From: Bacteroidota bacterium
Lineage (GTDB): Bacteria; Bacteroidota; Bacteroidia; Chitinophagales; CAMDFR01
Direction of reading: 5' to 3'
Assembly: GCA_037130135.1 (NCBI GenBank)
Contig: JBAXTO010000001.1
Span: forward strand, 479,608-543,607
Length of the DNA stretch: 64,000 nt
Below the pieces are notes generated by a model that had not been told where the DNA came from, did not search any database, and saw only the letters and a program-made list of their open reading frames with translations. The translations under genes were made by a program, and so were the position numbers. Of the stretch, positions 1-9,236 are shown in pieces (position 1 is the stretch's first letter; each line of letters starts with the position of its first letter).

Positions 1-1
1 T

Positions 2-373
2 CCACAGTGGATTGACGAGGCTATACAACTCTTAATCGATCATCCAACGGCTGATTCGGTGCGTTCTGTATCAGCACCGAGCCAACATCCCTATCGAGTA
101 TTTTCATTAGATCAAGAAGGTTTTTTAGATCCGATCATGAAACATGAGCATGAACAACCCTATTTATTGCGAAGACAAGATTTGCCCGATATGTATTTTT
201 ATAATTGTGTGATTGATGTGACGCGAAATAGAACTATTACGGAGCAACATTCAATGACAGGTAAAAAAATATATCCGTATATCATGGATCCTAATGATGT
301 TATAGATATTGATACACCGCTAGATTTAGCCTTTGCACAATTTTATTTAAATCATAAATTAGAAAACAAATAA
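2..373 (+). CDS. Acylneuraminate (CMP-nonulosonate/CMP-Kdo-type) cytidylyltransferase family protein, C-terminal part; the 5' end lies off-window
   Basis: The frame is open from nt 2 (PQWIDEAIQLLIDHPTADSVRSV...) into the listed ORF. The tail (...PYRVF..DxxG.L.P......PYLLRRQDLP..Y..N..I.V....TI......MTGKKI.PY.M....IDIDTP.DL..A) resembles the C-terminal half of NeuA/KdsB-like enzymes. Confidence 0.6.
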   Translation, partial: PQWIDEAIQLLIDHPTADSVRSVSAPSQHPYRVFSLDQEGFLDPIMKHEHEQPYLLRRQDLPDMYFYNCVIDVTRNRTITEQHSMTGKKIYPYIMDPNDVIDIDTPLDLAFAQFYLNHKLENK

Positions 374-442
374 ATAATTATTCAAGGATTCATAAAGGGT
401 TATGGATATCGTTCAATTATGAATTATCTTTGAATTAAATTA

Positions 443-1615
443 ATGGCAATGAAGATAGTAGTTATCGGTTCGGGGATGTATGTTACAGGTCGTGAAGGGA
501 CTGGCAGTGGCACTATTTTAGCCTCATTGATTCAATTAGCCAAATATAAAAAAATTGATTCGATCTTAATCGTTTCAAAAAGCGCAACAAGCGAATCACA
601 TGTAAATAAAGCAACAGCAGAGATCAATCAAAAATTAGGTAGCTCCATCGCTGTAGATTTTTTATGTATCGCAAATGGTATAGCTGATTTAGAAAATATA
701 TTTAAATCAAAAACCTTTGATGCAGCAATTGTGAGTGTACCAGATGCATTACATTTTGATTATGTAAAGAGTTGTATCACGCATCAAATTCCAACTTTAG
801 TGGTTAAGCCATTAACGCCTACCTACGCAGAAGCGAAAGAATTGATTGCTTTATCTGAAAACAATAAAGTGTATGGAGCAGTCGAATTTCATAAACGTTG
901 GGACGAATCCAACTTATTTGCAAAAAGAGTCATTGCTGAAAATAAAATAGGCGACATTAATTATATACAAGTGGATTATAGTCAGAAAATAAAAATCCCT
1001 ACAGAAGTATTTAGAGCTTGGAGTAATGAAACGAATATCATGCAATACTTGGGGATTCATTATATCGATTTGATTCATTTCTTGACTGATTATATGCCAA
1101 TTCGTGTGAGTGCTTATGGCACTAAAAAAACATTAGTTGAAAAAGGAATCGATACTTACGATTCCATTCATGCTTTTATTGAATGGCAGGATACGAAGAA
1201 TGAACATCAGAAATTTATTTCCATCATCAATGCCAATTGGATAGATGCGAACAGCGGTTCGGCGATGTCTGATCAGAAAATAAAATTTATAGGAACATTA
1301 GGTCGATTAGAATGCGATCAAAAAGATAGAGGAATCGAATTAATTAATGATACTACAGGCGTACAATTAATCAATCCTTATTTTTCTGAGTACTTATCGG
1401 GAGATGATGGGAATATGATCTTGAATGGATATGGATTTAAAAGCATTGAGCGATTTGTATTGGATGTGATTGATTTAAAAAATAATGCCGTAAGTTTTGA
1501 ATATTTAATACAGCATCGCCCCTCTTTTAGAAGCGCCTCTATCTCTACATTAGTGAGTGATTTTACGACTCAAAGTTTGGCACAACAAAATAAATGGTTA
1601 GATATAACAAAATAG
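443..1615 (+). CDS. Gfo/Idh/MocA-family NAD(P)-dependent oxidoreductase
   Basis: N-terminal Rossmann start MKIVVIGSGMY, a VKPL motif in place of the family EKP motif, and an EFHKRWD motif. ATG at 443 with an alternative ATG at 449. Confidence 0.65.
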   Translation: MAMKIVVIGSGMYVTGREGTGSGTILASLIQLAKYKKIDSILIVSKSATSESHVNKATAEINQKLGSSIAVDFLCIANGIADLENIFKSKTFDAAIVSVPDALHFDYVKSCITHQIPTLVVKPLTPTYAEAKELIALSENNKVYGAVEFHKRWDESNLFAKRVIAENKIGDINYIQVDYSQKIKIPTEVFRAWSNETNIMQYLGIHYIDLIHFLTDYMPIRVSAYGTKKTLVEKGIDTYDSIHAFIEWQDTKNEHQKFISIINANWIDANSGSAMSDQKIKFIGTLGRLECDQKDRGIELINDTTGVQLINPYFSEYLSGDDGNMILNGYGFKSIERFVLDVIDLKNNAVSFEYLIQHRPSFRSASISTLVSDFTTQSLAQQNKWLDITK

Positions 1616-1619
1616 CATT

Positions 1620-2654
1620 ATGGTAATATTAGATAGCGCGAGATTAAGCGCTCAAATGAAAAAAGTTTTTACAGCCAAAGGATTGAATCCAGATTCGACG
1701 AATCATGCTGTAGATTCAATGGTTCAAACCTCATTGAGAGGCGTAGATTCGCATGGTATTAATTTATTTCCTCATTATGTTCGTTCGATTGAATCGGGAC
1801 GTATCAGTAAAAATCCTTCCATTACATTTAATAAAACTGCAGCCTCAGTTGGTATCGTAGATGCCGATCATGCCATTGGACATCATGCAGGTTCGGTTGG
1901 AATGCAACATGCCATTGCCTTAGCAAAAGAAACAGGTATTGGAGCTGTGAATGTGATGAATTCTTCACATTTTGGAGCAGCCGCCTATTTTGGTTTACAA
2001 GCACCAGCGCACAATTGTTTAGGTTTTGCATTCACCAATGCAGATGCGTTAGTAAAAGCACATGCAGCAAAGGAATCTTTTTTTGGAACCAATCCGATTT
2101 GTTTTACTGCACCACTTGAGAATGAAGAACCATTTTGTTTGGATATGGCGACTTCATTAGTATCGTGGAATAAAATAAAAAACTATAGAATTAAAAATGA
2201 AAATTTAGAACCAGGTTGGGCTTTTGATAAAAACGGACAATCAGTAATCAATCCGCATGATGCTGCAAGTCTTCGTCCATCGGGTGATTACAAAGGCTTT
2301 GGACTTGGTATGATGATTGATATTTTATGTGCTGTATTAGTTGGTGGGGTGTATGGAAAAGATATGTTGCCCATGTTTACTTCACCTGCTGAAGCACAAA
2401 GAAAAGTAGGTCATTTTTTTATGGCGATTGATATTTCTAAATTTCAAAACCCAGATTTTTTCAAGCAGTATTTAAGTTCGATGGTACAACGAATTCGTCA
2501 AATGGAATCGATTGATAATGCATCCGTAATGGTAGCAGGTGATCCGGAAAAAATATCTTTTAAACATCGAATAGAAGCAGGAATCCCTATGGAAGATATC
2601 GTCTTTGACGATTATTTAAAAATTGATGAGGCATTTAAATCTGTAATGAAATAG
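1620..2654 (+). CDS. Ldh_2 family (malate/L-lactate/sulfolactate-type) 2-oxoacid dehydrogenase
   Basis: Family-typical LRGVDSHGINLFPHYV segment with the catalytic-region His, NSSHFGAAAYF, and length about 340 aa. It starts 4 nt after the upstream stop. Confidence 0.7.
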   Translation: MVILDSARLSAQMKKVFTAKGLNPDSTNHAVDSMVQTSLRGVDSHGINLFPHYVRSIESGRISKNPSITFNKTAASVGIVDADHAIGHHAGSVGMQHAIALAKETGIGAVNVMNSSHFGAAAYFGLQAPAHNCLGFAFTNADALVKAHAAKESFFGTNPICFTAPLENEEPFCLDMATSLVSWNKIKNYRIKNENLEPGWAFDKNGQSVINPHDAASLRPSGDYKGFGLGMMIDILCAVLVGGVYGKDMLPMFTSPAEAQRKVGHFFMAIDISKFQNPDFFKQYLSSMVQRIRQMESIDNASVMVAGDPEKISFKHRIEAGIPMEDIVFDDYLKIDEAFKSVMK

Positions 2655-2657
2655 TAT

Positions 2658-3833
2658 ATGAAAAAAATAGTTGATGTAGTAAATTTTAATGCCGATGCCT
2701 CTTGCTTATCTTCAGCTAAATGGTTGTCATGTTTGTCACATGGCAGTAAGAGTATATTATATCAATGGTTGAATAATTATGTGATTCATCATAAAAAAGT
2801 ATCCTTAGGATTTACTGCTGCAACCATCTCAGATATCGCTACATTCAATAAAGAATGTATCGATTTAATTAACACGCATCGCAATATTTTCGAAATTATA
2901 CTTCGCCCCTATTCTCATGATATGGGCTTATTTAGAAGTAAGCAAGGTTTTGAAATCAATTTAGCCTATGGCAAAAGAGTGATTGAAAAAGAATTTGGTC
3001 AATATATCCCTTATTATTTGCCTCCTGAATTTATGTTGACGAATGAGCAATTATTTTTATTGAACGAGCATAAAGTTGAAGGCACATTTATTAAACCATT
3101 ACGATTCGCAAAAGAAATTAAATCACGCATCCCTACTGAACCATATAGAGTAAAAGGCTTGTATGATAGCGCTTTGAATTGTATCTCATTTGATGAATTT
3201 TCGTATCATGCCTATTTAAAAACTATTCAATTATACGATTCGTCGTGGAATGATTTGATTTTAAATCAACAACAAGATATTTTATTTTCATGGAGAGATG
3301 GCGAAAGTCCTTTTTTCTTGAATGATACTGTAAAACGTGAAGCATATTGGCTACAAGAGGAAGACAAGTCAATTCAACGATTATTTTTGCAAGAAGTATT
3401 GCCCCATATTTCTTTTGAGAGCAATGAAGTTTTGAGTGAAAACCATTATCATTACTATCCAGTTCATTCAATTACACCATGGTTAAGAGAAATGAAAATG
3501 ATGGGATATATAACGCGTTTACAAGCATTAGAATCAAACATAGAAAATTTCACTGCTTTAGAAACACATTGGTGGCTACAAGCAATCAATTCCGATATCT
3601 TATCAGCCGTTGAAAAAAGCTCACCCGTGATACAAATTAAAGATGATATTTCACAGCAAGCTGCACATGAATATTATATTTGGCGTAGTGAAAGAGGTAT
3701 GGAAGGAGAAGAAATACTAAGTATGTTAGAGTTTGGAATAGAGAATGAACGTATTCATAAATATATACATTCCACTTCTAGTGTACACATCAAAAAATTA
3801 CAAAGTAGAATTCAATATTTGAATAATTTATAG
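2658..3833 (+). CDS. Hypothetical protein with a GH57-like motif pattern (possible (beta/alpha)7-barrel glycoside hydrolase/transferase-like fold)
   Basis: Long ORF tightly coupled to its neighbours (3 nt and 1 nt gaps). Motifs VNFNADAS, ILRPYSHDMGLF, LPPEFML and WRDGESPF loosely parallel GH57 conserved regions I-IV. The function call is weak. Confidence 0.45.
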   Translation: MKKIVDVVNFNADASCLSSAKWLSCLSHGSKSILYQWLNNYVIHHKKVSLGFTAATISDIATFNKECIDLINTHRNIFEIILRPYSHDMGLFRSKQGFEINLAYGKRVIEKEFGQYIPYYLPPEFMLTNEQLFLLNEHKVEGTFIKPLRFAKEIKSRIPTEPYRVKGLYDSALNCISFDEFSYHAYLKTIQLYDSSWNDLILNQQQDILFSWRDGESPFFLNDTVKREAYWLQEEDKSIQRLFLQEVLPHISFESNEVLSENHYHYYPVHSITPWLREMKMMGYITRLQALESNIENFTALETHWWLQAINSDILSAVEKSSPVIQIKDDISQQAAHEYYIWRSERGMEGEEILSMLEFGIENERIHKYIHSTSSVHIKKLQSRIQYLNNL

Positions 3834-3834
3834 C

Positions 3835-4809
3835 ATGAGAAAAACCATATTAGTTACCGGTGGTGCGGGATTCATAGCCTCAAATTTAATCGATTCGTTA
3901 ATTGCAGAAGATCAATGGAAAATTATATCCATCGATAATTTTGATCCTTTTTATGCACGTAAACAAAAAGAATTCAATATTACAAAGCAATTACAAGATA
4001 AGCATACCACATTTATTGAAGTAGATTTTACGAATAAAATTGAATTGAATAGAGTCTTAGCATTTGTTGATACGATTGATGTAATTGTACATTTAGGTGC
4101 TAAAGCGGGGGTTCGACCATCGATTGAAAATCCATATGCTTATCAAATTACGAATATTGTAGGGACACAAAATATTTTAGATTTAGCGATTCAAAAAAAA
4201 TGCAGTCAATTTGTATTTGCCTCTTCTAGTAGCGTATATGGCGTCAACCCTGATTATCCATGGAAAGAAGACAATAATGTTTTGTTGCCAATTAGCCCTT
4301 ACGCATCTACTAAAGTAGGTGGTGAATTGATGGGGCATTCTTTTTATCATTTAAATAAAATACGGTTTATTGCTTTGCGTTTCTTTACGGTTTTTGGTCC
4401 ACGTCAACGACCTGATTTAGCGATTCATCAATTCTGTAAAAAAATACAAAAAGATGAAGCTATAAATGTATATGGAGACGGTTCTACACTGCGCGATTAT
4501 ACTTATATTGAGGATATTGTTCAAGGTATTAGAAGTGCAATGGATTATACGAAATCAAATTATGAAATAATCAATTTAGGAAATAATACTCCTGTGAAAT
4601 TGAGTGAACTAATAGATATCATAGAAAATGTTTTAGGTAAAAAAGCGAAGATTAATCGAATGCCTGAGCAGGCTGGTGATGTACCAATCACATTTGCATC
4701 TATTGAAAAGGCTCATAAATTATTAAACTATACGCCTCAAACCATTTTAGCTGAAGGGATAAAAAAGTTTAATGATTGGTTGTTGAGTAATGATTGCTAC
4801 AAAGAATAA
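3835..4809 (+). CDS. NAD-dependent nucleotide-sugar epimerase/dehydratase (extended SDR, UDP-glucuronate/UDP-glucose 4-epimerase-like)
   Basis: VTGGAGFIASNL glycine-rich NAD motif, catalytic YASTK, and length 324 aa. Confidence 0.85.
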   Translation: MRKTILVTGGAGFIASNLIDSLIAEDQWKIISIDNFDPFYARKQKEFNITKQLQDKHTTFIEVDFTNKIELNRVLAFVDTIDVIVHLGAKAGVRPSIENPYAYQITNIVGTQNILDLAIQKKCSQFVFASSSSVYGVNPDYPWKEDNNVLLPISPYASTKVGGELMGHSFYHLNKIRFIALRFFTVFGPRQRPDLAIHQFCKKIQKDEAINVYGDGSTLRDYTYIEDIVQGIRSAMDYTKSNYEIINLGNNTPVKLSELIDIIENVLGKKAKINRMPEQAGDVPITFASIEKAHKLLNYTPQTILAEGIKKFNDWLLSNDCYKE

Positions 4810-4810
4810 T

Positions 4811-5689
4811 TTAGCCTATTGGAATAACAGCATACTCTTTAATAGCAGATGCATCTCCCATTCCTAAAAAAAAGCCACCTCCCCCTGCACCACAAATTTT
4901 CATGGTGTACGCCTCTTGATTAAATAATGATTGTATAGATGAAGGAATCATTTCTTTAAAATGCATGAATTGCAGTGTGGCAATCTCTTTAAAACATTGC
5001 ATGTAAGTAGACGAATCGCCCGCTAAATACGCCTGTATGATTTTATGATTCAATGAAAACAATTGATTTTCTATAATGCTTTTGAAGCTTGAATCCTTTT
5101 GTAATTTTTCTTTATAGACAGCAACTAATGGCGCTGTACGTCTCTCTATGGCTGAGTTGACCAAGAATAAAGAAAGAGTTTTGTTTAATGTTGGATTATA
5201 TGCAAAAGCTTTACAGGTTCCGTCAGATTGTATATGTACTGTTTGATGTAAATAGGAAACTAAAGGATCGAGTCCGCTGCTAGCGCCATGAAAATAACTT
5301 TCTAATAGGCCTAATTCTTTTTTCAATACATCGATAGATTCAAAATGATTTTTATCTATACAATAGGCATCGAAAAAGCAAGCCACTAAAGCACCACTGC
5401 TTCCAATACCATATCCTATAGGAATAGTAGAACTCACCAATAAACCTTTTTGGATATCTTTTTCAAATTGCAATAAATTATAGATCTGATTATTTGTATG
5501 TAGTTGAACATACTTTAAATATTCGACAAGCAATTCATTTGAACGTTCAAAAACATGTGCATCCTTTTCGAAAGTGAACTGCATATAATACGAATCTAAT
5601 GGTATAGCAAGACCTTCAGAACCATTGATGATGGCATATTCACCAAACAATAGGATTTTTGAATAGAATTTTTTAAATGAATTTATCAC
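4811..5689 (-). CDS. GHMP-family kinase of the mevalonate operon (Bacteroidota-type mevalonate or phosphomevalonate kinase)
   Basis: KILLFGEYAIINGSEGLAIP N-terminal motif and the GHMP motif PIGYGIGSSGALVACF. GTG start. Last gene of the HMGR-kinase-MVD-kinase operon. Confidence 0.7.
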   Translation of the reverse strand: MINSFKKFYSKILLFGEYAIINGSEGLAIPLDSYYMQFTFEKDAHVFERSNELLVEYLKYVQLHTNNQIYNLLQFEKDIQKGLLVSSTIPIGYGIGSSGALVACFFDAYCIDKNHFESIDVLKKELGLLESYFHGASSGLDPLVSYLHQTVHIQSDGTCKAFAYNPTLNKTLSLFLVNSAIERRTAPLVAVYKEKLQKDSSFKSIIENQLFSLNHKIIQAYLAGDSSTYMQCFKEIATLQFMHFKEMIPSSIQSLFNQEAYTMKICGAGGGGFFLGMGDASAIKEYAVIPIG

Positions 5690-5700
5690 TGGTTCAACGC

Positions 5701-6735
5701 TTAAGCATTCATCAATGTAGCACCAATTCCCACTTGGTCTTCAATCACTTTACCATTTTCACAACATTTGCTCAATTCATTTTTAATTAAATCTTGCACT
5801 TCATTGAAAATAGAATGAGGGTATAATAAGTGAATATTTGGTCCGGCATCTATAGTAAAATATACGGGCAATTTAGTAGACTCTCTAAAAGAGCGAATTA
5901 ATGCAATCAATTGTAATGATTCTGGTTGTAATAATATATACGATGGATTTGAAGTCATCATAAGAGCATGTAATGTTAATGCTTCTTCTTCGGCAATCAA
6001 TCCAAATTTCTCTATGTCGCCACTTTGTAAAGCTTGAATGATTTCAACTGTATTATTATTGGCTTGCTTATAACGAGTATCTGCAAAAATATTGGTATGC
6101 ATCAACTCGTGACCAGCAGTACTGCTTACTTTTTTCTCATCGCTACTCACTATTAAAATACTATCGTGAAATGTAGTAAAGATAGAAGCCGCTTCTGTGT
6201 ATGGAATAGCATAATCATTAGACGAATTTGCTACGCCAGGGTTTTCGCCCCATATAGCTAAGTGAGGATATACCGAGCGACAAGCACTTCCGCTACCTAA
6301 GCGAGAAATTATAGACGCTTTACGCATAAAATCATCATTGTTTGCAAGAGCCCCAGTCAATTCTTTTTCAATACTACATAAGCCTAATGCTAATGCACTC
6401 ATCGCGCTAGCAGAAGATGCAATACCTGTAGAGTGTGGAAATGAATTCGTTGATTCAATCTGCAATTTTACTGCAGTTAAGAAAGGAAAATGAGCGATGA
6501 TTGAAGTTAAAAATTTTTCAATTCTTTTTTGGAAAGCTTCGTTTTTGCTTCCTTCAAATAAAAATTCAATAGTTAATTTCCCATCGTCTTTCTTGGGTTC
6601 AAAAGCAACACTTGTTTCAGAATATGCATTTGATAGCGTAAAACTGATAGATGAATTATTGGGCAATTGAATACCGTGTTTGCCCCAGTATTTGACTAAT
6701 GCGATATTTGAAGGACTTCTCCAAGTATATTTCAT
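5701..6735 (-). CDS. mvaD: Diphosphomevalonate decarboxylase
   Basis: WRSPSNIALVKYWGK signature, GHMP motif STGIASSASAMSALAL, and length 344 aa. Confidence 0.85.
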   Translation of the reverse strand: MKYTWRSPSNIALVKYWGKHGIQLPNNSSISFTLSNAYSETSVAFEPKKDDGKLTIEFLFEGSKNEAFQKRIEKFLTSIIAHFPFLTAVKLQIESTNSFPHSTGIASSASAMSALALGLCSIEKELTGALANNDDFMRKASIISRLGSGSACRSVYPHLAIWGENPGVANSSNDYAIPYTEAASIFTTFHDSILIVSSDEKKVSSTAGHELMHTNIFADTRYKQANNNTVEIIQALQSGDIEKFGLIAEEEALTLHALMMTSNPSYILLQPESLQLIALIRSFRESTKLPVYFTIDAGPNIHLLYPHSIFNEVQDLIKNELSKCCENGKVIEDQVGIGATLMNA

Positions 6736-6772
6736 AAATATATTTTTATTAGTATGTTAATGTTATTTGTAA

Positions 6773-7735
6773 TTAATGAATAATCATTTCATCGTAACTC
6801 AAAACGGTATTAAAGCCTCTTTCATTTAAATAGGATTTGAAATATTCAGGCGTTTGTGTTGCATTCGACATCATCACAAAATCGCCGCCCCATGCTCCCA
6901 GAGACTTCACAGCACCCCAATAATCACTAAATACGGTATCTTTTACTTTGTCGATTGATAAGGTATCACTGATTAAATCTTCATGTTGATTCATACATGA
7001 TTCAAAAGCTTCTATTGTTTTTGCACCTAAAAATGCATCTGTAATTAGATTAATTTCAGAAACAATACTTGATTTATCAATATCTAAATTTTTATAATAT
7101 TGAATAGCATTTCTACTATTCATCTTTTCGTTTAAGTGAACGAAAAATAATTGATCTTTAAATGTAGGATAGAAATTAACTTTTTCTACTAGAGGTTGTA
7201 ATTTATTTCTAGTATAAATCAATGGACTATCTGAACTAGCGCAAGCAATATCATAACCAGATCCACCAAAGGTTTTTTCGAGTAATTCATATGGATTTAC
7301 TTTTGCCCATTGAGCTATAAAATAGATTAATGTTGAACTACTACCTAAACCCCAACTTCTAGGAAAATCGAGCTTAGCATCTATACTAATACTGTGTTCA
7401 TCGGTTAAAAAAGTGGGATTTAAATCTTTACAAACTTTTAAAATATTTAGAAGCATGATTGCTTCTTTGCTTTGTTCGTTTAGTAAGCTTAATGTTTTAA
7501 TATCGATTTGCGCATCCAACCAAAGAATATTCATTTTGGTAAACGCTTTCCAATGTAGATTTTTTTCAGACTTAAATTCTGTTTCTTGTTGCTGAATAGT
7601 AAAATGTTGACCAAATTTACAAGGTAAAGCAAATGCTTTTGCACCATCTAACACGAAGTATTCGCCACTAATTAGGAGTTTACCATTGCTTTTTATTTCG
7701 ATTCTATTTGTAGTATCTATACTTGTGTCTACCAT
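6773..7735 (-). CDS. GYDIA-motif GHMP-family kinase (candidate second kinase of the mevalonate pathway)
   Basis: KLLISGEYFVLDGAKAFALP, WGLGSSSTLIYF (GHMP motif), the literal GYDIA motif (GGSGYDIACAS), and GAWGGDFVMM near the C-terminus. The start is 1 nt after the HMGR stop. Confidence 0.7.
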   Translation of the reverse strand: MVDTSIDTTNRIEIKSNGKLLISGEYFVLDGAKAFALPCKFGQHFTIQQQETEFKSEKNLHWKAFTKMNILWLDAQIDIKTLSLLNEQSKEAIMLLNILKVCKDLNPTFLTDEHSISIDAKLDFPRSWGLGSSSTLIYFIAQWAKVNPYELLEKTFGGSGYDIACASSDSPLIYTRNKLQPLVEKVNFYPTFKDQLFFVHLNEKMNSRNAIQYYKNLDIDKSSIVSEINLITDAFLGAKTIEAFESCMNQHEDLISDTLSIDKVKDTVFSDYWGAVKSLGAWGGDFVMMSNATQTPEYFKSYLNERGFNTVLSYDEMIIH

Positions 7736-7736
7736 A

Positions 7737-9077
7737 TTAATGACTATATGCTCTATTTCTTATTGAAATTAAAAACTCACGTGCTGCATTAAATGAAATC
7801 ACTTTGTCTTTAAAATATTCTTTTGCTTTGCTCAGTTCATCTTCTGTTGCTTGAAGCGACATCATAATATTACTTAAGTGCATTTTCATGTGCCCTTGTT
7901 GAATTCCTGAAGTGGTAAGTGCTTTTACGGCACCAAAATTTTGTGCTAATCCTACCGTAGCAGTAATCATCATTAATTCTGAAGCATTTGGTGTACCTAA
8001 TAACTCCATTGATTTTTTTGCTAATGGATGTAGAGCAGTTAAACCTCCTACAGTGCCTAATGCTAAAGGAATTTCAATCCAAAATTTAAAAATACCATTT
8101 TCTATGGTAGCATCGGTTAAACTAGAATATGAACCACTCCTACTTGCATAAGTGTGCGCGCATGATTCAACCGCTCTAAAATCATTACCTGTAGCAATAA
8201 TTACAGAGTCTATTCCGTTCATAATGCCTTTATTATGTGTAGTAGCTCTATACGGATCTATAATCGCTATTTTAACCGCTTGCACAAACTTCTCAGCAAA
8301 TTCCTCCGAAGGCATTCCGTCAACTATGCCAAGGTCTTTCACTGGGCAAGATACCATAGAACGCACTACGCAATCAGGCGTATAATTAGAAAGAATACAC
8401 ATAATTACTTTGACCTCTTTTTCTTGATAGGTGAACAAATCATTACTAGATATTAATTCAACTAATAATTGACCGAAACGCTCTAATACAGAATTGATAA
8501 AATTTGCCCCCATTGAATCACAGGTTTGAAAGGAGCAACGTAACTGGAAATAGTTTTCCAATTTAGTAGTCATATCAAGCAGTTCGATATCTACGATACC
8601 TCCTCCCCTTTTTTCCATATTAGCTGTGATGTCTTTCGAGCCTTGAATCAGCGCCTCCTTTAATTCTGGAAAATAATTTTTTAATTTATCTTTAGATCCT
8701 TTATAATTAAAATGTACTTGCCCTATTTTTATGGTATTTATAACCGTTGAAGTAAATCCTCCTCTATCTAGCCAAAATTTAGCTGCATTTGAAGCTGCTG
8801 CCACTACAGAGCTTTCTTCTGTAACCATAGGGATGGCATACATCTTATCATTGATTTTGAAATTAGGAGCGATACCAAATGGCAAGTAAAAATTAGTAAT
8901 AGTATTTTCACTAAATCCGTCAAACAACTTTTGCTCTTCGATATTATCATGCCAAAAGGTAGCAAATTCCTTTGCTACTTGTATAGGATTGTTGTATAAA
9001 AAGTTTTGAGCTAACCAATGAATTTTCTCTGTTTTTGATAACTTAGAAAAGCCTGTTATTTTTTTATCCTCGTTCAT
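7737..9077 (-). CDS. mvaA: Hydroxymethylglutaryl-CoA reductase, class II type
   Basis: ENTITNFYLPFGIAPNFKIN...PMVTEESSVVAAASNAAK, CDSMGANFINSV and ALGTVGGLT motifs. Confidence 0.9.
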   Translation of the reverse strand: MNEDKKITGFSKLSKTEKIHWLAQNFLYNNPIQVAKEFATFWHDNIEEQKLFDGFSENTITNFYLPFGIAPNFKINDKMYAIPMVTEESSVVAAASNAAKFWLDRGGFTSTVINTIKIGQVHFNYKGSKDKLKNYFPELKEALIQGSKDITANMEKRGGGIVDIELLDMTTKLENYFQLRCSFQTCDSMGANFINSVLERFGQLLVELISSNDLFTYQEKEVKVIMCILSNYTPDCVVRSMVSCPVKDLGIVDGMPSEEFAEKFVQAVKIAIIDPYRATTHNKGIMNGIDSVIIATGNDFRAVESCAHTYASRSGSYSSLTDATIENGIFKFWIEIPLALGTVGGLTALHPLAKKSMELLGTPNASELMMITATVGLAQNFGAVKALTTSGIQQGHMKMHLSNIMMSLQATEDELSKAKEYFKDKVISFNAAREFLISIRNRAYSH

Positions 9078-9135
9078 TTGTTGTAAAAATTAATTAATGA
9101 AAAATATAGGGGGTTTCATTAAAAAATTTTCACTA

Positions 9136-9143
9136 CAAAGATA
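9136..9143 (-). promoter_or_regulatory. Candidate Bacteroidota sigma-A -7 box (TAtcTTTG) for the mevalonate operon
   Basis: The minus-strand sequence tatctttg matches the TAnnTTTG consensus about 58 nt upstream of the HMGR ATG. Confidence 0.35.
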
Positions 9144-9236
9144 CTAAAACTTAATTAGATGAAATAATTATTATCAACATGTAAAAAAGGATTATAAATA
9201 AATAATAATCAGTTAGTTATAGTCGACAAAACCATG

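Noticed and set aside
1828-8456. Nested small ORFs antisense or out of frame within larger genes (1828..2031, 3223..3471, 7413..7595, 7912..8151, 8152..8385, 8235..8456). Similar ones occur later (9354..9539, 10471..10674, 11139..11387, 17264..17566, 35269..35481, 35964..36311, 38266..38749, 42765..43387, 44436..44639, 45689..45877, 48897..49178, 50226..50447, 51513..51713, 54155..54421, 55058..55255, 58157..58387, 63166..63375).
   Set aside because: Each is fully embedded in a longer ORF with clear family motifs. The products are low-complexity or hydrophobic noise typical of AT-rich antisense frames.
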